From assembly GCF_006345805.1 (NCBI RefSeq), contig NC_043007.1, forward strand, positions 37,076,001 through 37,140,000: a stretch of DNA of 64,000 nucleotides, read 5' to 3'. Shown here piece after piece: positions 39,473-52,979 of the stretch (positions are counted from its first letter, which is position 1; every line of letters starts with the position of its first letter). A program made the translations under genes and the position numbers. The DNA is from Octopus sinensis. Its lineage: Eukaryota. Under the pieces are notes generated by a model, which worked only from the letters and a program-made list of their open reading frames with translations, had not been told where the DNA came from and made no database searches.

Positions 39473-39858
39473 CTCTCTTTACTCTTCTACTCTTTTATGT
39501 GTTTCAGTCATTTGCCTGTGGCCATGCTGGAGCACCGCCTTTAGTCGAGCAAATCGACCCCAGGACTTATTCTTTTTGTAAGCCTAGTACTTATTCTATT
39601 GGTCTCTTTTGCCGAACCGCTAAGTTACGGGGACGTAACCAGCATCGGTTGTCAAGTGATGTTGGGGGAAGAAACACAGACACACACACACATACATACA
39701 TATATATATATACATATATACAGCGGGCTTCTTTCAGTTTCTGTCTACCAAATCCACTCACAAGGCTTTGGTCGGCCCGAGGCTATAGTAGAAGACACTT
39801 GCCCAAGGTGCCATGCAGTGGGACTGAACCCGGAACCATGTAGTTCGTAAGCAAGCTA
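39473..39858 (-). mobile_element. SINE family A
   Basis: Reverse complement of family A. Confidence 0.82.
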
Positions 39859-40184
39859 CGAGTAAACAGGACCCTGAATGCATCTATAGTGCATAGCTGA
39901 AAAAGCTGCAAGTCAAAGAAGCATAAATAAAGAAATATGTAAAGTCCATTATTTATGCCTTTTCTTGTATGTCATTCTGTGAAAAAGACCAGTTTAACTG
40001 GGGAATGCAACCATGGATTTACAAAATTGACTAGTGATGGACTTCAACCTTGGAACTTGCTCTAGGATTACCTGGGGTTCTTTACTAATCTGAAAATATT
40101 TTGTTAGGCTGTGATGTAGTTTGCCCAAATTGATAATCCTTTATTAATAACTCTTTATTCTAATATGTGTTTGTGTGCGCATGT

Positions 40185-40512
40185 GCAGGGTAAAAGATAA
40201 AGGCCCTGATTGGTCATGAATGACCATGGGATTGCACCTAGAAAAATCACCCTCTGAAGCACAAATCTGGGCAAGGTTGTTTACTGAAGAACAGCAGTTG
40301 CCCATCCATACCAGTCTCCCCTCTCCATGCCACCAATGTTGTTCAAGGGAAAGGCAGATACAGCTTGGCACCAGTGACATTGTAACTCATTTCTACAGCT
40401 GAGTGAAGTGGAGTGATGTGAAATAAAGTGTCTTGCTCAAGAACACAACACACAGCTTGGTCCAGGAATCAAACTCTCTACGTCATTATTGTGAACCTGG
40501 TGCTCTAACCAC
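40185..40512 (-). mobile_element. tRNA-derived SINE, head H2 + tail T4
   Basis: Tail ...ctaggtgcaatcccatggtcattcatga shared with 54805-55135. Confidence 0.75.
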
Positions 40513-40968
40513 TGAGCCAGGTATCTTCTGCATATATATATATAAAAGATCCAAGGATCAAGGTGTAGGAAGAAACACACATATATATATATACACACAC
40601 ATACATACATATATATATATATATTAAATACAAAATGGGACAAGAATGCAAAACATCCGGACAACTAAGTGATACAAAAAGGGACAATAAAACATCCAGA
40701 TAGACGATAAAAAAACAAAAACAAGGACGGGTCATTCGAAGTTTTCTATCTTCAGTCAAGACCAGATTATCCTCGCAATTTCAGCTGATTAATCTTGAGA
40801 TTGCTCCAATATGGCCAGCCCCAAGGAAAAACTAAGCTAAGAGCATTAGATTCCTTGGAAGAAAGCATCGAATGTATATAAAAACAAGGACGGAAAAGCA
40901 GATAATGTTACACAACTATAAATACAATAAAAATAATAAGATATATATAATATATATAATAAGATATA

Positions 40969-41004
<36 letters not shown>

Positions 41005-41015
41005 TATTTATATAT

Positions 41016-41425
41016 ATATACACACACACCTACATCATCATTGTTTAATGTCCTTTTTCTATGCTGGCTTAGGTTGGATGGTTCAACAGAAGCTAAGGAG
41101 CCAAAGGAATGAGCCAAGCTTCAATGTCTACTTTGGGATGGTTAGATGCTCTTCCAGTTTACATAGTATACTGGGTGGGTTTTTTTTTTCACACCACTGA
41201 CACTGACGAGGTCACCAAGTAACTCATAAGACAAGGCCTTTCAACTGAGTGGGGGGTGTGTAGTATTGAGGGAGGTTTCTTTATGCCAGGTGCTGAGAGG
41301 TTAAAGTAGATAGAGGGACAGGCACAGTGTCTTGCAGAAGAGAGGATATTTGGCTCAAGGTGTCATGCAGTAGGACTGAACCCAGAACTATATGGTTAGG
41401 AAGCAAATTTATTACCATACAGCCT
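41016..41425 (-). mobile_element. Degraded family A head + tail E
   Basis: catcatcatt...ccatgctgg...ggttggatgg tail; gcagtaggactgaacccagaac head. Confidence 0.55.
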
Positions 41426-41904
41426 TGTTTACACTATTTACATAGCTGTGCAATTCAACAAAAAGAGAACAGCAGAATAAATAATACTAGACTTTAAAAA
41501 ATATACTGGTGTCAATTTATTTGGCTAAATCCTTTAATGTAGTGCACCAGCATGGCTACTATCCAATGCCTGAAACAAGGAAAAGATTGTTGTGAAGTGA
41601 AATGCCTCACAAATCATCTCTTAACCTGCAAGTTTATTGACAAACTTAAGGACTACCCGTGACTATTAAGTGATCGGGAGTGTGTGTCTGTGTGTGGGTT
41701 GGTTCATTCTTTTGATACATTCTCAACTCTCTTGCATTCATTTAGGTTAAGTATCTTAAACTTAAAGACTGCTTATGATAGCAGGTTTAGCAGGTGTTGG
41801 GGTACTTTCTTAATCCTTAATGTTTTCATAGCTGTCTTAGGCATTCATTTTGTTCAGTTGAATGCCATAAACTTTAGGGCTACCTGTGTGATATCTTCTC
41901 TTAG

Positions 41905-42603
41905 GTTCTGTTATTTGTTTCAGTCATTGGACTGTGGCCATGCTGGGGCACCACCTTGAAGGGTTTTAGGCAAATGAATCTACCCCAGTACATATTTTTG
42001 GGTTTTTTTTTTTTTAAGTCTGATAGTTATTCTGTTTGTCTCATATGCTGAACTGCTAAGTTACAGGGACATAAGCAGAACAACACTGGTTGTCAAGTGG
42101 TGGTTGCGGGGAGCAAGTACAAACAAAAGACACATACATAGATACATACACGCATACATATATATATATATATATATATACAACAAAAAGTGGCGAGCTG
42201 GCAGAAACGTTAGCACGCGGGGTGAAATGCTCAGCGGTATTTCGTCTGTCGCTACGTTCTGAGTTCAAATTCTGCAGAGGTCGACTTTGCCTTTCATTCT
42301 TTCGGGGTCGATAAATTAAGGACCAGTTTCGCACTGGGTTCGATGTAATCGGCTTAATCCCTTTGTCTGTCCTTGTTTGTCCCCTCTATATTAAGCCCCT
42401 TGTGGACAATAAAGAAATATATATATATATATATACAATAAACTTCTTTCAGTTTCCCTCTAACAAATTCACTAACAAGGATTTGGTCAGCCCAGGGCTA
42501 TAATAGAAAAGTCACTTGCACAAGATGTCATACAATGGGCCTGAACCGAGAACCATGTGATTGGGAAGCAAATTTTTTCCAACACTGCCCCACCTACGTC
42601 TAT
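41905..42603 (-). mobile_element. Family A SINE split by a plus-strand family C insertion (42188-42418)
   Basis: A tail 41905-42130, C copy in the (TA)n spacer, A head 42440-42603. Confidence 0.75.
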
Positions 42604-42927
42604 ATACTTATTTTTCTTTTTTTTCTTCTTCGTTATCATTTAGGCATGTTGGCTTTCTGCAAGTGCTTCAGATTTAATGTTGTCAAGTTATGCGACTTGT
42701 AAATACAAACAAGACTTAAAGGTTCTCTTTCTCTCTCTCTCTCTATCACTAACACGTTTTCACCAGACACTCCTTTAGTTTCATGTGAAATTACTGAAAT
42801 AATTTCTCGTTAGAGTACAATAGCGAACATTCTATTTACTTTTACTACTACGATATCTTGGTCACTGTGTGTGTATGTTATACGTTGTTTGATGACCCAA
42901 CTTCGACGTTCAGTAAATGGATGGGTT

Positions 42928-42967
<40 letters not shown>

Positions 42968-43761
42968 CTAAACAGAACACCTATAGTAATATATATTCTC
43001 TCATTCGTTCGTTGTGAAGTTACATAAGTGACTCAAGGACGTAGAGTTCCGTGTGTCTGAGTTTGATAACTTAGCTCCGGATCAGCTGAGCAGATCTATC
43101 ATCAAAGACGCTCCAGACATGACCACTCCGTTGTTTTCTCTTTTCAGATATTGTATATTTAAGATTACGTTATCCAGTGTAACCCCTCCTTATTATTGAA
43201 AGGCGTTCCACTCGTGACTAACCAGTTTTTTGGGGGGCGGGGGTGGGGGTTAAAGAAAATATTTGTAATTCTACGAATACACTGGCCAATGTGACATGTG
43301 ACCTTACATTTTTTAAGACTGTTAGGTGCGAATCAGTGAAGTTTTGGTTTCTATTTCTAGCAGTTCAAACGACCACATTGTGACTCCTTGTCTAAGTGCT
43401 TGTAAATGGGAAAGGATTGGTGGTGTGTGTGTGTCTGTGCTTGTATGTGTGTGTTGGCGATAGTGTTTGCAACAGAGAGAGAGAGAGAGATAGACTATGA
43501 AAGAGGGTGATGCGATACGATATGTGTGGTGTAATGCTTTGATGTGTGTGCGCGAGCGAGTTAGCTACACCTTTGTGCGGCTGTGAGTGGGTGTCTCATA
43601 TAATTAGTGAGATAGTGTAGTGCAAAAGAGTTTGTGGTTCTCGTGGTCTTTTTTCAATTGAAATCTCGATATATTTTATGTCTGTGTAGGTGTGTACATG
43701 TATGTGTGTGTGTGAAAATAAGAGTATTTTTGTGAGTGTACTTGAGAAAGAAATTTTATGC

Positions 43762-43799
<38 letters not shown>

Positions 43800-44034
43800 A
43801 GGTAGGTGTTCGTATGTTTGTGTGTGTGTGTGTGTGTTTAACTATGATCGTGTAAGTGAAACCATGTGAAATAGCATCGTGTGTGTGTGTGTCTGTTATT
43901 TGCATACGTTTGTATGTACTTTTTTTTCTGGTTTCGGACAGAGATTGTTGCCATGCTGGAGCACATGTACGAGTACCTCATGCATGTGTAGCTATTTGTT
44001 TGAATGGTTAGATTTGACACTATGTGTATATGTG

Positions 44035-44084
44035 TGTAGATAGACAGATAGGTAGGTAGGTAGATAGATAGATAGACAAATAGG

Positions 44085-44136
<52 letters not shown>

Positions 44137-44250
44137 CAGATAGATAGACAGATAGATAGATAGATAGACCGACAGATAGACCGACGGATAGATAGACAGA
44201 CAGATAGACCGACAGATAGATAGACAGATAGACAGACAGATAGATAGATA
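44035..44250. repeat. (AGAT)/(AGAC)n array
   Basis: Direct reading. Confidence 0.95.
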
Positions 44251-44721
44251 GGAAACTGCTTTTATTTCTTGACTGTGGTGGTGATGATGATGGTGGTAGA
44301 TTCTGTGTGTGAGTTTCTAATTGTTTCAGTGTATGCGTGTGCGCGCACAATACGCGGGTGTCTACGTGTGTGTGCGTGTGCATGTATGTGTGTGTTTGAG
44401 TATATTTGCGTTTTTATAAGTATTCTATGTGTGTGTGTGTGTGCAGTAGGACGTGCTGCGCCTTTACAGTAATGTGACACATGACTCGGGGGAAAACAAC
44501 AGTGTCTGTCAAAACTGCCCCTCCTCCCCTTCCTTCCTCTCTGCTTTCATCACGTTGTTTTTCAACCTTAAATCGGGACTTCGTTTTTTTTTTTTTTCTC
44601 TCTCTACTGCAAATGGACAAGACAGTGTGAGCCTTTTATTGTAAGATACCAGGCACATATACACACACACACACTGCCACCTTAGAACAATAAGTACCAA
44701 ATAGATCGGAGCAAAGCCAAG

Positions 44722-44746
44722 ATGAGTAGTTTTAGCCGAGGTAAGA
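44722..44746 (+). other. Candidate first-exon end with ATG and strong donor
   Basis: aagccaagATGAGTAGTTTTAGCCGAG|gtaaga downstream of unique CpG-containing sequence. Confidence 0.35.
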
Positions 44747-45009
44747 ATTAGTTAAAGCCTTCGATAGGGAAAAACAAACTCCCATACCTTATGATTCTGT
44801 CTTTTACTTTGTGTCTTTCATAGCTATGCAAATACATACATACCTACATACATTTCTCTCTCTCTCTCTCGCGCACACACACACACAGAGAAAAATTTGA
44901 ATTAACAATCAAGACGAACACTATACTAACACCAAGATTCAAATTATATATATATATATATATTATATGACCATCTATTATATATATATTGTATTGTATC
45001 TCGGGTGGG

Positions 45010-45225
45010 TCAGCTGATGGTTCACTCCGTCGCTTCTCTGAGTATTTCGTCTACCGCTACGTCCTGGGTTCAAATTCCGCCGAGGTCGACTTAGCCATTC
45101 ATCCTCTCCGGGTCGATAAATTAAGTACCAGTTGCGCATTGGGGTCGGTGCAATCGACTTAATCCGTTTGTCTGTCCTTGTTTGTCCCCTCTGTGTTTAG
45201 CCCCTTGTGGGTAGTAAAGAAAAAA
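45010..45225 (+). mobile_element. SINE family C
   Basis: Family C core and tail. Confidence 0.75.
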
Positions 45226-45402
45226 ATAATAATAATAATTATTATTATTATTATTATTTTTAACCTGTATGTGTGTGTGCGACCCTTAAGGAGACAAGAT
45301 CTTTTTGCCACCTTGAAGGATCGATCGCACCTCAGAAGAAACTCGGTGTGGCCGGCGATGATGGAGAAAAATCATCAGGTTATTTATTTATTTACTTATT
45401 TG

Positions 45403-45756
45403 TCTTTTACTTGTTTCAGTCATTTGACTGCAGCCATGCTGGAGCACCGCCCTGCCTTGAAGGATTTTAGTCGAACAAATCGACCCTTAGACTTGTTTTT
45501 TTTTAAAACTCTAGTACTTATTCTATCGGTTTCTTTAAATAACCAACACCAGTTGCCAAGCGGTGGTGGGGAACACACACACACACATATATATCAGGCT
45601 TCTTTCAGTTTCCGTCTGCCGAATCCACTCACATGGCTTTGATCGGCCCGAGATATATAGTAGAAGACACTTGCCTAAGGTGCCACGCAGTAGGACTGAA
45701 CCTAGAACCATGTGGTTGTGAAGAAAGCTTCCTACCACACAGCCACGCCTGCGCCT
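45403..45756 (-). mobile_element. SINE family A
   Basis: Reverse complement of family A, internally deleted. Confidence 0.75.
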
Positions 45757-46010
45757 CTTACCAGACGGTCGAACTCGAAGTAGAAAAAGCTATAAATAAT
45801 ACGGTGTAAATATTAGTTTCAAATTTTGGCACAAGGCCGGGAAGCGAGTAAGTCGATTACATAGACTCCGGTACTCAGCTGATAATTATTTTATCGACGC
45901 CGACAGGATGAAAGCAAAGTTGATCTCAGTGGAATAGTTAAAAAAAAACAACCCTTGAGTGGAAAAAGTTGGTCACGAACCCACATTCATATATGTGTGC
46001 ACTTCTCTGC

Positions 46011-46111
<101 letters not shown>

Positions 46112-46483
46112 TTCACTCATTGATTTGCAGGAATGGCTCCAATGCTGGATCAAGTAATGTGCTGTCTAGCATTTCAAGTTTTATCCATCTGCATTTGTTC
46201 AGAGTTCAAACTGCATCCCACCCAAGGGCGGGGCGTTATTTTGCAACTATTTCCTCCGAAATAGAATTAATAACCGAGAGCATTTATGTACTACAGTTTG
46301 GTGAATTAATAATACACACACCCTCTCATCTAAATTCGGTCAATTGAAAATATTGTATTAATGTGTAATGTGTCATTCACGAAAAAATAGCGTCGGACAA
46401 AGTGTCTCGAAGTCCTTAGTTATGTCCCTTCGCATTCTGGTTTCAAGTCCCACAGAAGCTAGCTTTGCCTTTTATTCTTCTAA

Positions 46484-46715
46484 GGCGGTGAGCTGGCAGA
46501 ACTGTTAGCACGCCGGGCGAAATGCTGAGTGGTATTTCGTCTACCGTTACGTTCTGAGTTCAAATTCTACCGAGGTTGACTTTGCCTTTCATCCTTTCGG
46601 TGTTGATAAATAAAGTACCAGTTATGCACTGGGGTCGATGTAACCAACTTAATCCCTTTGTCTGTCTTTGTTTGTCCCCTCTATGTTTAGCCCCTTGTGG
46701 GCAATAAAGAAATAT
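46484..46715 (+). mobile_element. SINE family C
   Basis: Full-length family C. Confidence 0.85.
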
Positions 46716-47116
46716 ATTCTAATGTGGTTGATAACATAAAGTAACAGTACTGGGGTCATTTTAATCCATTTCCCCCTCACCCTGCAGATTTATGTCCTAA
46801 GTTTTTAAAGAACCCGAAGCGCAGCAAACAATGATCAGGGCAATATTTAAGTTACGTTTCATTGGTCAACTCTGCTTTTTCATCTTTCTGGAATCGATCA
46901 AATCTGTACCTGTTGAATACTGATTCGGTGGTACAATGCCTTTGTAGTTTGTCAGGACACTGCTTCTTTCAAATACTAAATACTTCCCAAAATTTACTGA
47001 CACTACTCCTGACAAGCCTATGCACCCTTTCCTGACTTTTTTAATGCTCATGTTTCTGTCATTTTGTGTTTTATTCTGTGTACTGCGCTTGTATTTCTAA
47101 CTTTTATCGATGTCTT

Positions 47117-47527
47117 GGATCTTTTCTGTTTGAATGGCAGTTTTTAACATAATTTCCAGGTAACTAAAAATTTTAAACTTCGTATACTGGTAGAATGTGT
47201 TTATAAAACATCTTTTTCTCTTGGCTTTATTGAGAAAATTCTATAGTTTGTAAGATATTTGTTGTTTTTTTTTCTTCAATTTCTGCAATTTCAACCAATC
47301 ACTGACGTCCATTGAGATAAAAAACATTCTGTGCCATATGAATATGTTCCTCGTTTAAGAAACAGATTGGGTTTATTTACATTTGTGAAGAAAAAAAGAT
47401 ACCCTTCCCCCCACCCCTAACCCTAAAATAGATTGAAATGCAATAGATCGATACTAGGGTCATAATTATGGGTGACAATTTCATATGACACCGCTAGAAA
47501 AAACTGCCGTTCAAACCAAAAAGATCC
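47117..47527. mobile_element. MITE with ~28-bp TIRs and perfect 8-bp TSD
   Basis: ggatcttttctgtttgaatggcagtttt / aaaactgccgttcaaaccaaaaagatcc; TSD gatgtctt at 47109-47116 and 47528-47535. Confidence 0.9.
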
Positions 47528-47900
47528 GATGTCTTTCATTATTTATATGTCTGCTTTCTATTCCCTCTATTAACTTTTTCCGGTGAGTTGAAGTGCACCT
47601 GAGCACTATATAAGCTCATGTGTATCGTTAAGGTGGCAAGCTGCAGAATCATTAGTATAGTGTACAAAATGCCTAGTGACATTTCATCCTACTCTTTACG
47701 TTTTGAAGTCAACTTTGTCTTTCATCCTTTCAAGATCAATACAATAAGTTCTTGTTGATTTCTAGGGTTGATGACTCCCTCGAAATTTCGTCTTTGTGCC
47801 TATAGTAGAAGGAATTATTACTATCAAAATAACTTTATTATTAAACTAGAATAAAAAGTTTGGAATAAAAAGTAACAAAGAATTTTGATAAGTTTTAATC

Positions 47901-48211
47901 CAGGGTTTCTCGACTGGGGTTCATATAAAATTATTAGGGTCCACGGATGCAATATAGGAAATTGGGGGTCAGTGGTAATTTTTCAGGGGCCATGAAAACA
48001 ATTGTGCTTCAGATCAGTAAAGTTCACATGTAACAAACTGCTTATACATCTACTATACACAAAATATTTTAACAATTTTTAAACAAGTCATAATAATATT
48101 TAATTATGAAAATGTAATAGGATTTTCTAAATATCAAATGGCTATTGGTGTCCACCCAAGTAAAATAGGAATCAAAGGGGTCCATAGATAAAAAATGATT
48201 GAGAACCCCTG
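47901..48211. mobile_element. hAT-type MITE with 8-bp TSD
   Basis: TIRs cagggtttctc / gagaacccctg; flanks ttttaatc / ttttaacc. Confidence 0.85.
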
Positions 48212-48365
48212 TTTTAACCGTTTAGCTTGCAGATTACTTTATCAAATATAACTTATTCACATTGCTTTCAATTAATCATGTACCATCTTACAGCTTCATG
48301 ACTTTGTCCTTGTGGCAAAATTTAAAACCATTATTATTATTGTTGTTGTTGATATTATTATTATT

Positions 48366-48911
48366 GAGTGAGAGAGCAGTGCATGCCATCAAAGTGACAC
48401 TGGAGTAAAATATATGAAGCCCAGTATACCCATCATGACTACCAGTCTGATATGGGTACACCAGGCATATGCATTACAACCATATGTACGTGACATGGTG
48501 ATCTCATATCAAGATAAACAGCGCATGACCTTGCAAGTGGGGCCCAGTTAGAATTTTCTTCTGGTCGAGCAGCCCATCCTGCTCAAAAGGTCCCTGAATA
48601 AGGATTGTTTAAGGATGTTGAACGAAACACTCATGTTTCCAGAGGTGAATTATTCAAACCCCAAAGAATCCCTCTCAACACATGGCTATGATGCTCCCCC
48701 ACTACTTCTGCTCGTGATCAGAGATGCACATATCGTCAGCCACTAAGGGACATGCTCAACTGGTTAAGGTCAAACAACTGACAAGCAAATCTGTGGTATT
48801 TGCTGTAGCCCATCTTTTATACCAAGACAAAACAATGTGCATGATAACACTTCCAATCAGTTAAGATCAGAAGCCATGAGAGCCACTGTCTGGTACTGCA
48901 TCAGGGCATTT
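48366..48911 (-). mobile_element. Family D retroelement 3' end (longest copy)
   Basis: Matches 11510-11990; ATT repeats on both sides. Confidence 0.8.
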
Positions 48912-48939
48912 ATTATTATTATTATTATCATCAGCAGCT

Positions 48940-49612
48940 GCAGCAGCGGTGAGCTAGCAGAACCATTAGCACATCAGACAAGATGCTTAGGAGGCATTTC
49001 ATTCATCTTTATGTTCTGAATTCATATTCCACTGAGGTCAACTTTGCCTCTTATCCTTTCAATAAAATAGATACCAGTTCAGTAGGTGGGGGAGGGGGGG
49101 CAATGTAATCGACTTATCCCTCTGCCAAAATTTTAGGCCTTTTCTCTATAGTCGTAGGTAGAATTATATCGTGTGATTAACAGACACATTTGTCATTTCC
49201 CAGGCAAAATCAAAATCATCATTGTCCCTATTGTAGACTTCATAGCAAAATCCATACCTGGACTGAAATTTCATTCATGTATCCATCACAAATGCAGCTT
49301 CTTTCATTTTTACTCCTTTCCTTCAAACACTTGTATGTTGAAATCAATGGGTGTGACCATCATCATCATTATCATCATTCTTAAAGCATTATCATCATCA
49401 TTCTTATATCGTTACTGCACTAGGCAAAATGCTTAATGGCATTTTGTCTGTCTCTGAATGTTCTGAGTTCAAATTCCACCTAGGTCAACTTTTCCTTTCA
49501 TTCTTTCAGGGTCAATAAAATAAGAAACCAGTTGAGGACTGGGGGTCGATATAATTGACTTACTCCTCCCAACCTTACTGGTCTTGTGCCAAAATTTGAA
49601 ACCATTATTATT
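48940..49612 (+). mobile_element. Two CpG-decayed family C SINEs (about 48940-49155 and 49420-49612)
   Basis: Degenerate family C head and core. Confidence 0.6.
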
Positions 49613-49635
49613 ATTATTATATTATTATTATAATT

Positions 49636-50094
49636 GAGTGAGAGAGCAGTTCATGCCATCAAAGTGACACTGGGGTAAAATATACGAAGCCCAATATACC
49701 CATCATGACTACCCGTCTGATAAAGGTACACCAGGCACATGCATCACAACCATATGTGCGCGACATGGTGATCTCATATCAAGATAAACAGCACATGACC
49801 TTGCAGGTGGGGCCCAGTTAGAATTTTCTTCAGGTTGAGTAGCCCATCCCGCTCAAACGGTCCCTGAATAAGGGTTGTTTAAGGATGTTGAAAGAACCAC
49901 CCATGTTTCCAGAGGTGAACTATTCAAACCCCAAAGAATCCCTCTCAACACATGACTATGATGCTACCCCACTACTTCTGCTTGTGATCAGAAATGCACA
50001 TATCGTCAGCCACTAAGGGACATGCTCAACTGGTTAAGGTCAAACAACTGACAAGCAAATCTGTGGTATTGAGCAGAATATTTGCTGTAGCCCA
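49636..50094 (-). mobile_element. Family D retroelement 3' end
   Basis: Matches 11510-11990; ATT repeats on both sides. Confidence 0.8.
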
Positions 50095-50125
<31 letters not shown>

Positions 50126-50559
50126 TATTATTATTATCATTATTATTATTATTACTATTATTATTACTATTATTATTATTATCATTATTACTATTATTAT
50201 TATTATTACTATTATTTTTGGAACACTTTGTTGTTGATTCTAGAATGTTCAGTAAAATAATCAATAGAATGAATGAAATGAATATTTCCTTTCTCATGGC
50301 TGGTGGTCAACAGCCTCAGACACAACCACTCCTTGTCACATAGTGTGGTCTTGTGCTGCAGCTATACACAGCCCTTGATGTTGTCACTCCCATCTTAATC
50401 TTTTTTCATTCAGGCACAGAAAGTCTGAGCCCTGATAACACCATCAGATTTCACCATCAGACTATTGTCATTATTTTTTGCTCCCTTGTCCTCCGAGACT
50501 GAATCATTTGTTTTACAGCTTGCTCAGCTGATCTCACCTGTAACACATCATCTCAATGG

Positions 50560-51260
50560 CCTCATCATCATCATCATCATCATTTAACGTTTGTTTTCCA
50601 TGCTGGCATGGGTTGGAAGGTTTGATTGAGGTCTGGAAAGCCAGCAGCTGCACCAGATTCCAATCTGATCTGACAATGTTTCTACAGCTGGATGCCCTTC
50701 CTAACACCAACCACTCCAAGAGTGTAGTGGGTGCTTTTTAATTGCCACCAGCACAGGAGCCAGTCAGGTGAGCCTAGCATCGATCGCGTTCGGAAAGTGC
50801 TTTTTATATACTACTGGCATGGGAACCAGTCAGGGGGCGCTGGCATCAGCGACATTTGGATGGTGCTTTTTATATGCTACCAGCATGGGAGCCAATCAGG
50901 CAGCCTTGGCATCGATCACATTCAGATAGTGCTTTTTATGTGCAACCAGTACGCGAGCCAGTCAGGGAGCACTGGCATCGGTGACATTCAGATGGCGCTT
51001 GTTACGTGACCCCAGAACGGGAGCCAGTCACGCGGACCTGGCATTGACCACATTTGGATGGTGCTTTTTATGTGCTATCAGCACAGGAGCCAGTCAGGGG
51101 GTACTGGCATCGACCACGTTTGGATGATGCATTTAATGTGCTACTGGCACGGGAGCCAGTCAGGTGGGCCTGGCATCGGCCCCATTCAGATGGTGCTTAT
51201 TACATTCCACCACAACGGGATTCAGGGGGTACTGGCCACAGCTATGATTTTGGTTTGGTG
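50560..51260 (-). mobile_element. Tail-E retroposon carrying an eight-unit 66-bp VNTR
   Basis: Units start at 50731, 50797, 50863, 50929, 50995, 51061, 51127 and 51193. Confidence 0.85.
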
Positions 51261-51437
51261 ATTGATATTAATTATTTTATCTTTTCCCATTCCAACATTT
51301 AAGTTACTAAAGATAAGACTGATGCATGAAGTGGACTAAGTTGGGAGGGATGAAAAATGCATTGTGGTATTTAGTTACATCCCTTTCTGTTCATCATCAT
51401 TCTATACCCACTTTTCCATGTGAGTATGATCTGGATG

Positions 51438-51487
<50 letters not shown>

Positions 51488-51644
51488 TGTGTGGTGTACA
51501 GTCATGGCCAAAATTTGCAACATTTAAAAAAAATTAAAATTGATATGCCCAATATATGCTCCAACCAAATATAACTTTGGGCACTTAATATAAAAATTCT
51601 AATTTTCAGACCTATGTTCCAAACTTTTTGCTACAACTGTATAT

Positions 51645-51960
51645 CATTATCATCATCATCATGTAATGTTAAAATTCCATGCTGGCATAGTTTGGATGGT
51701 TTGGCAGGATCCAGCAAGCCAGTGGCCTGAGTCGGGCTCCATTGTTTGATTTGGTAAGGTTTCTATGGCTGGATGCCCTTCCTAATGCCAACAGCTTAAC
51801 TAAGTGCACAGGACGCTTTGTTTGAGACACCAACACTAGCAAGGCCACCATGCAGCCTGCAAGACTTAGATCCCTCTGACTGAGTGGGGCTACAGTAGAG
51901 AGGATAGCAGTTTTATGTTAAGAGGTGAGGGGTTAAAGTGTGAATGGAGCTGGAACAGAA
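51645..51960 (-). mobile_element. Tail-E retroposon fragment without VNTR array
   Basis: catcatcatc...ccatgctggcat...ggatgcccttcctaatgccaac. Confidence 0.65.
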
Positions 51961-52129
51961 CCTATATGACTACTCACAATATAAAAGTGAGGTTAGGAGT
52001 GGCCTGGTTGGGGTTTAGAAAATATAAAAAAATGAATAAAAATGCCCCCTTCCCTCTCAAGTTTCTTGACTTGCAAGTTACTTTGTGACCCTGCTGGTGC
52101 TGGTATCACATTTGTCTGCAGCCATGCCC

Positions 52130-52313
52130 CAGCATGACTACAGTCAAATTACTGAAATGAGTAAAATATAACAAAAATAAATTGACTCCAGTACTTATTC
52201 TATTTGTCTCTGTTGCCTGACCTCTGAGTTATAGGGACATAAACACACCAACATTGATTGTCAAATGGCAGTGGAGGACAAACACAGACACAAAGATACA
52301 CACACACACACAC

Positions 52314-52345
<32 letters not shown>

Positions 52346-52745
52346 CGACCGGTTTCTTTCAGTTTCTTATTTCTTTACTGCCCACAAGGGGCTAAACACA
52401 GAGGGGACAAACAAGGACAGACAAACAGATTAAGTCGATTATATCAACCCCAGTGCGTAACTGGTACTTATTTAATCAACCCCAAAAGGATGAAAGGCAA
52501 AGTTGACCTCGGCGGAATTTGAACTCAGAACATAGCAGCAGACGAAATACTGCTAAGCATTTTGCCCAGCATGCTAATGTTTCTGCCAGCTCACTGCTTT
52601 CAGTTTCTGTCTAGCAAATCCACTCACCAGGCTTTGGTTTACCCAAGGCTATAGCTGAAGACACTTGCCACAGTGAGACTGAATCCACTACCATGTAGTT
52701 GGGGAGCAAGCTGTTTACCACACAGCTACACCTGTGCTTGGTACT
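52130..52745 (-). mobile_element. Family A SINE with nested family C insertion (52367-52597) and 10-bp TSD
   Basis: tttcagtttc duplicated at 52357-52366 and 52598-52607. Confidence 0.85.
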
Positions 52746-52979
52746 TTATTTCATCAACTCTAAAAGGATGAAAGGTAAAGTCACCCTTTGTGGTATTTGA
52801 ATTCAGAACATAAAGAGCCAGAGAAAAATATCGCACAGACTCGGACTCTTCTCCCTGCTCATAATAATAATGTCTATCATTGACATATGGTCACACACTT
52901 GTGGACACAGAACATTCAATTAAATTGACCCCAGTCCTTACACAAACCAAAGAGAGAACTTCAACATGGTTGCTCGACC

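Noticed and set aside
40722-40760. Minus-strand CTGAAGA...CGAAT motif
   Set aside because: Lacks GAAA and a valid cleavage triplet with stem I.
50731-51250. Regularly spaced repeats as a CRISPR array
   Set aside because: Whole units are homologous, there are no unique spacers or cas genes, and the context is eukaryotic.
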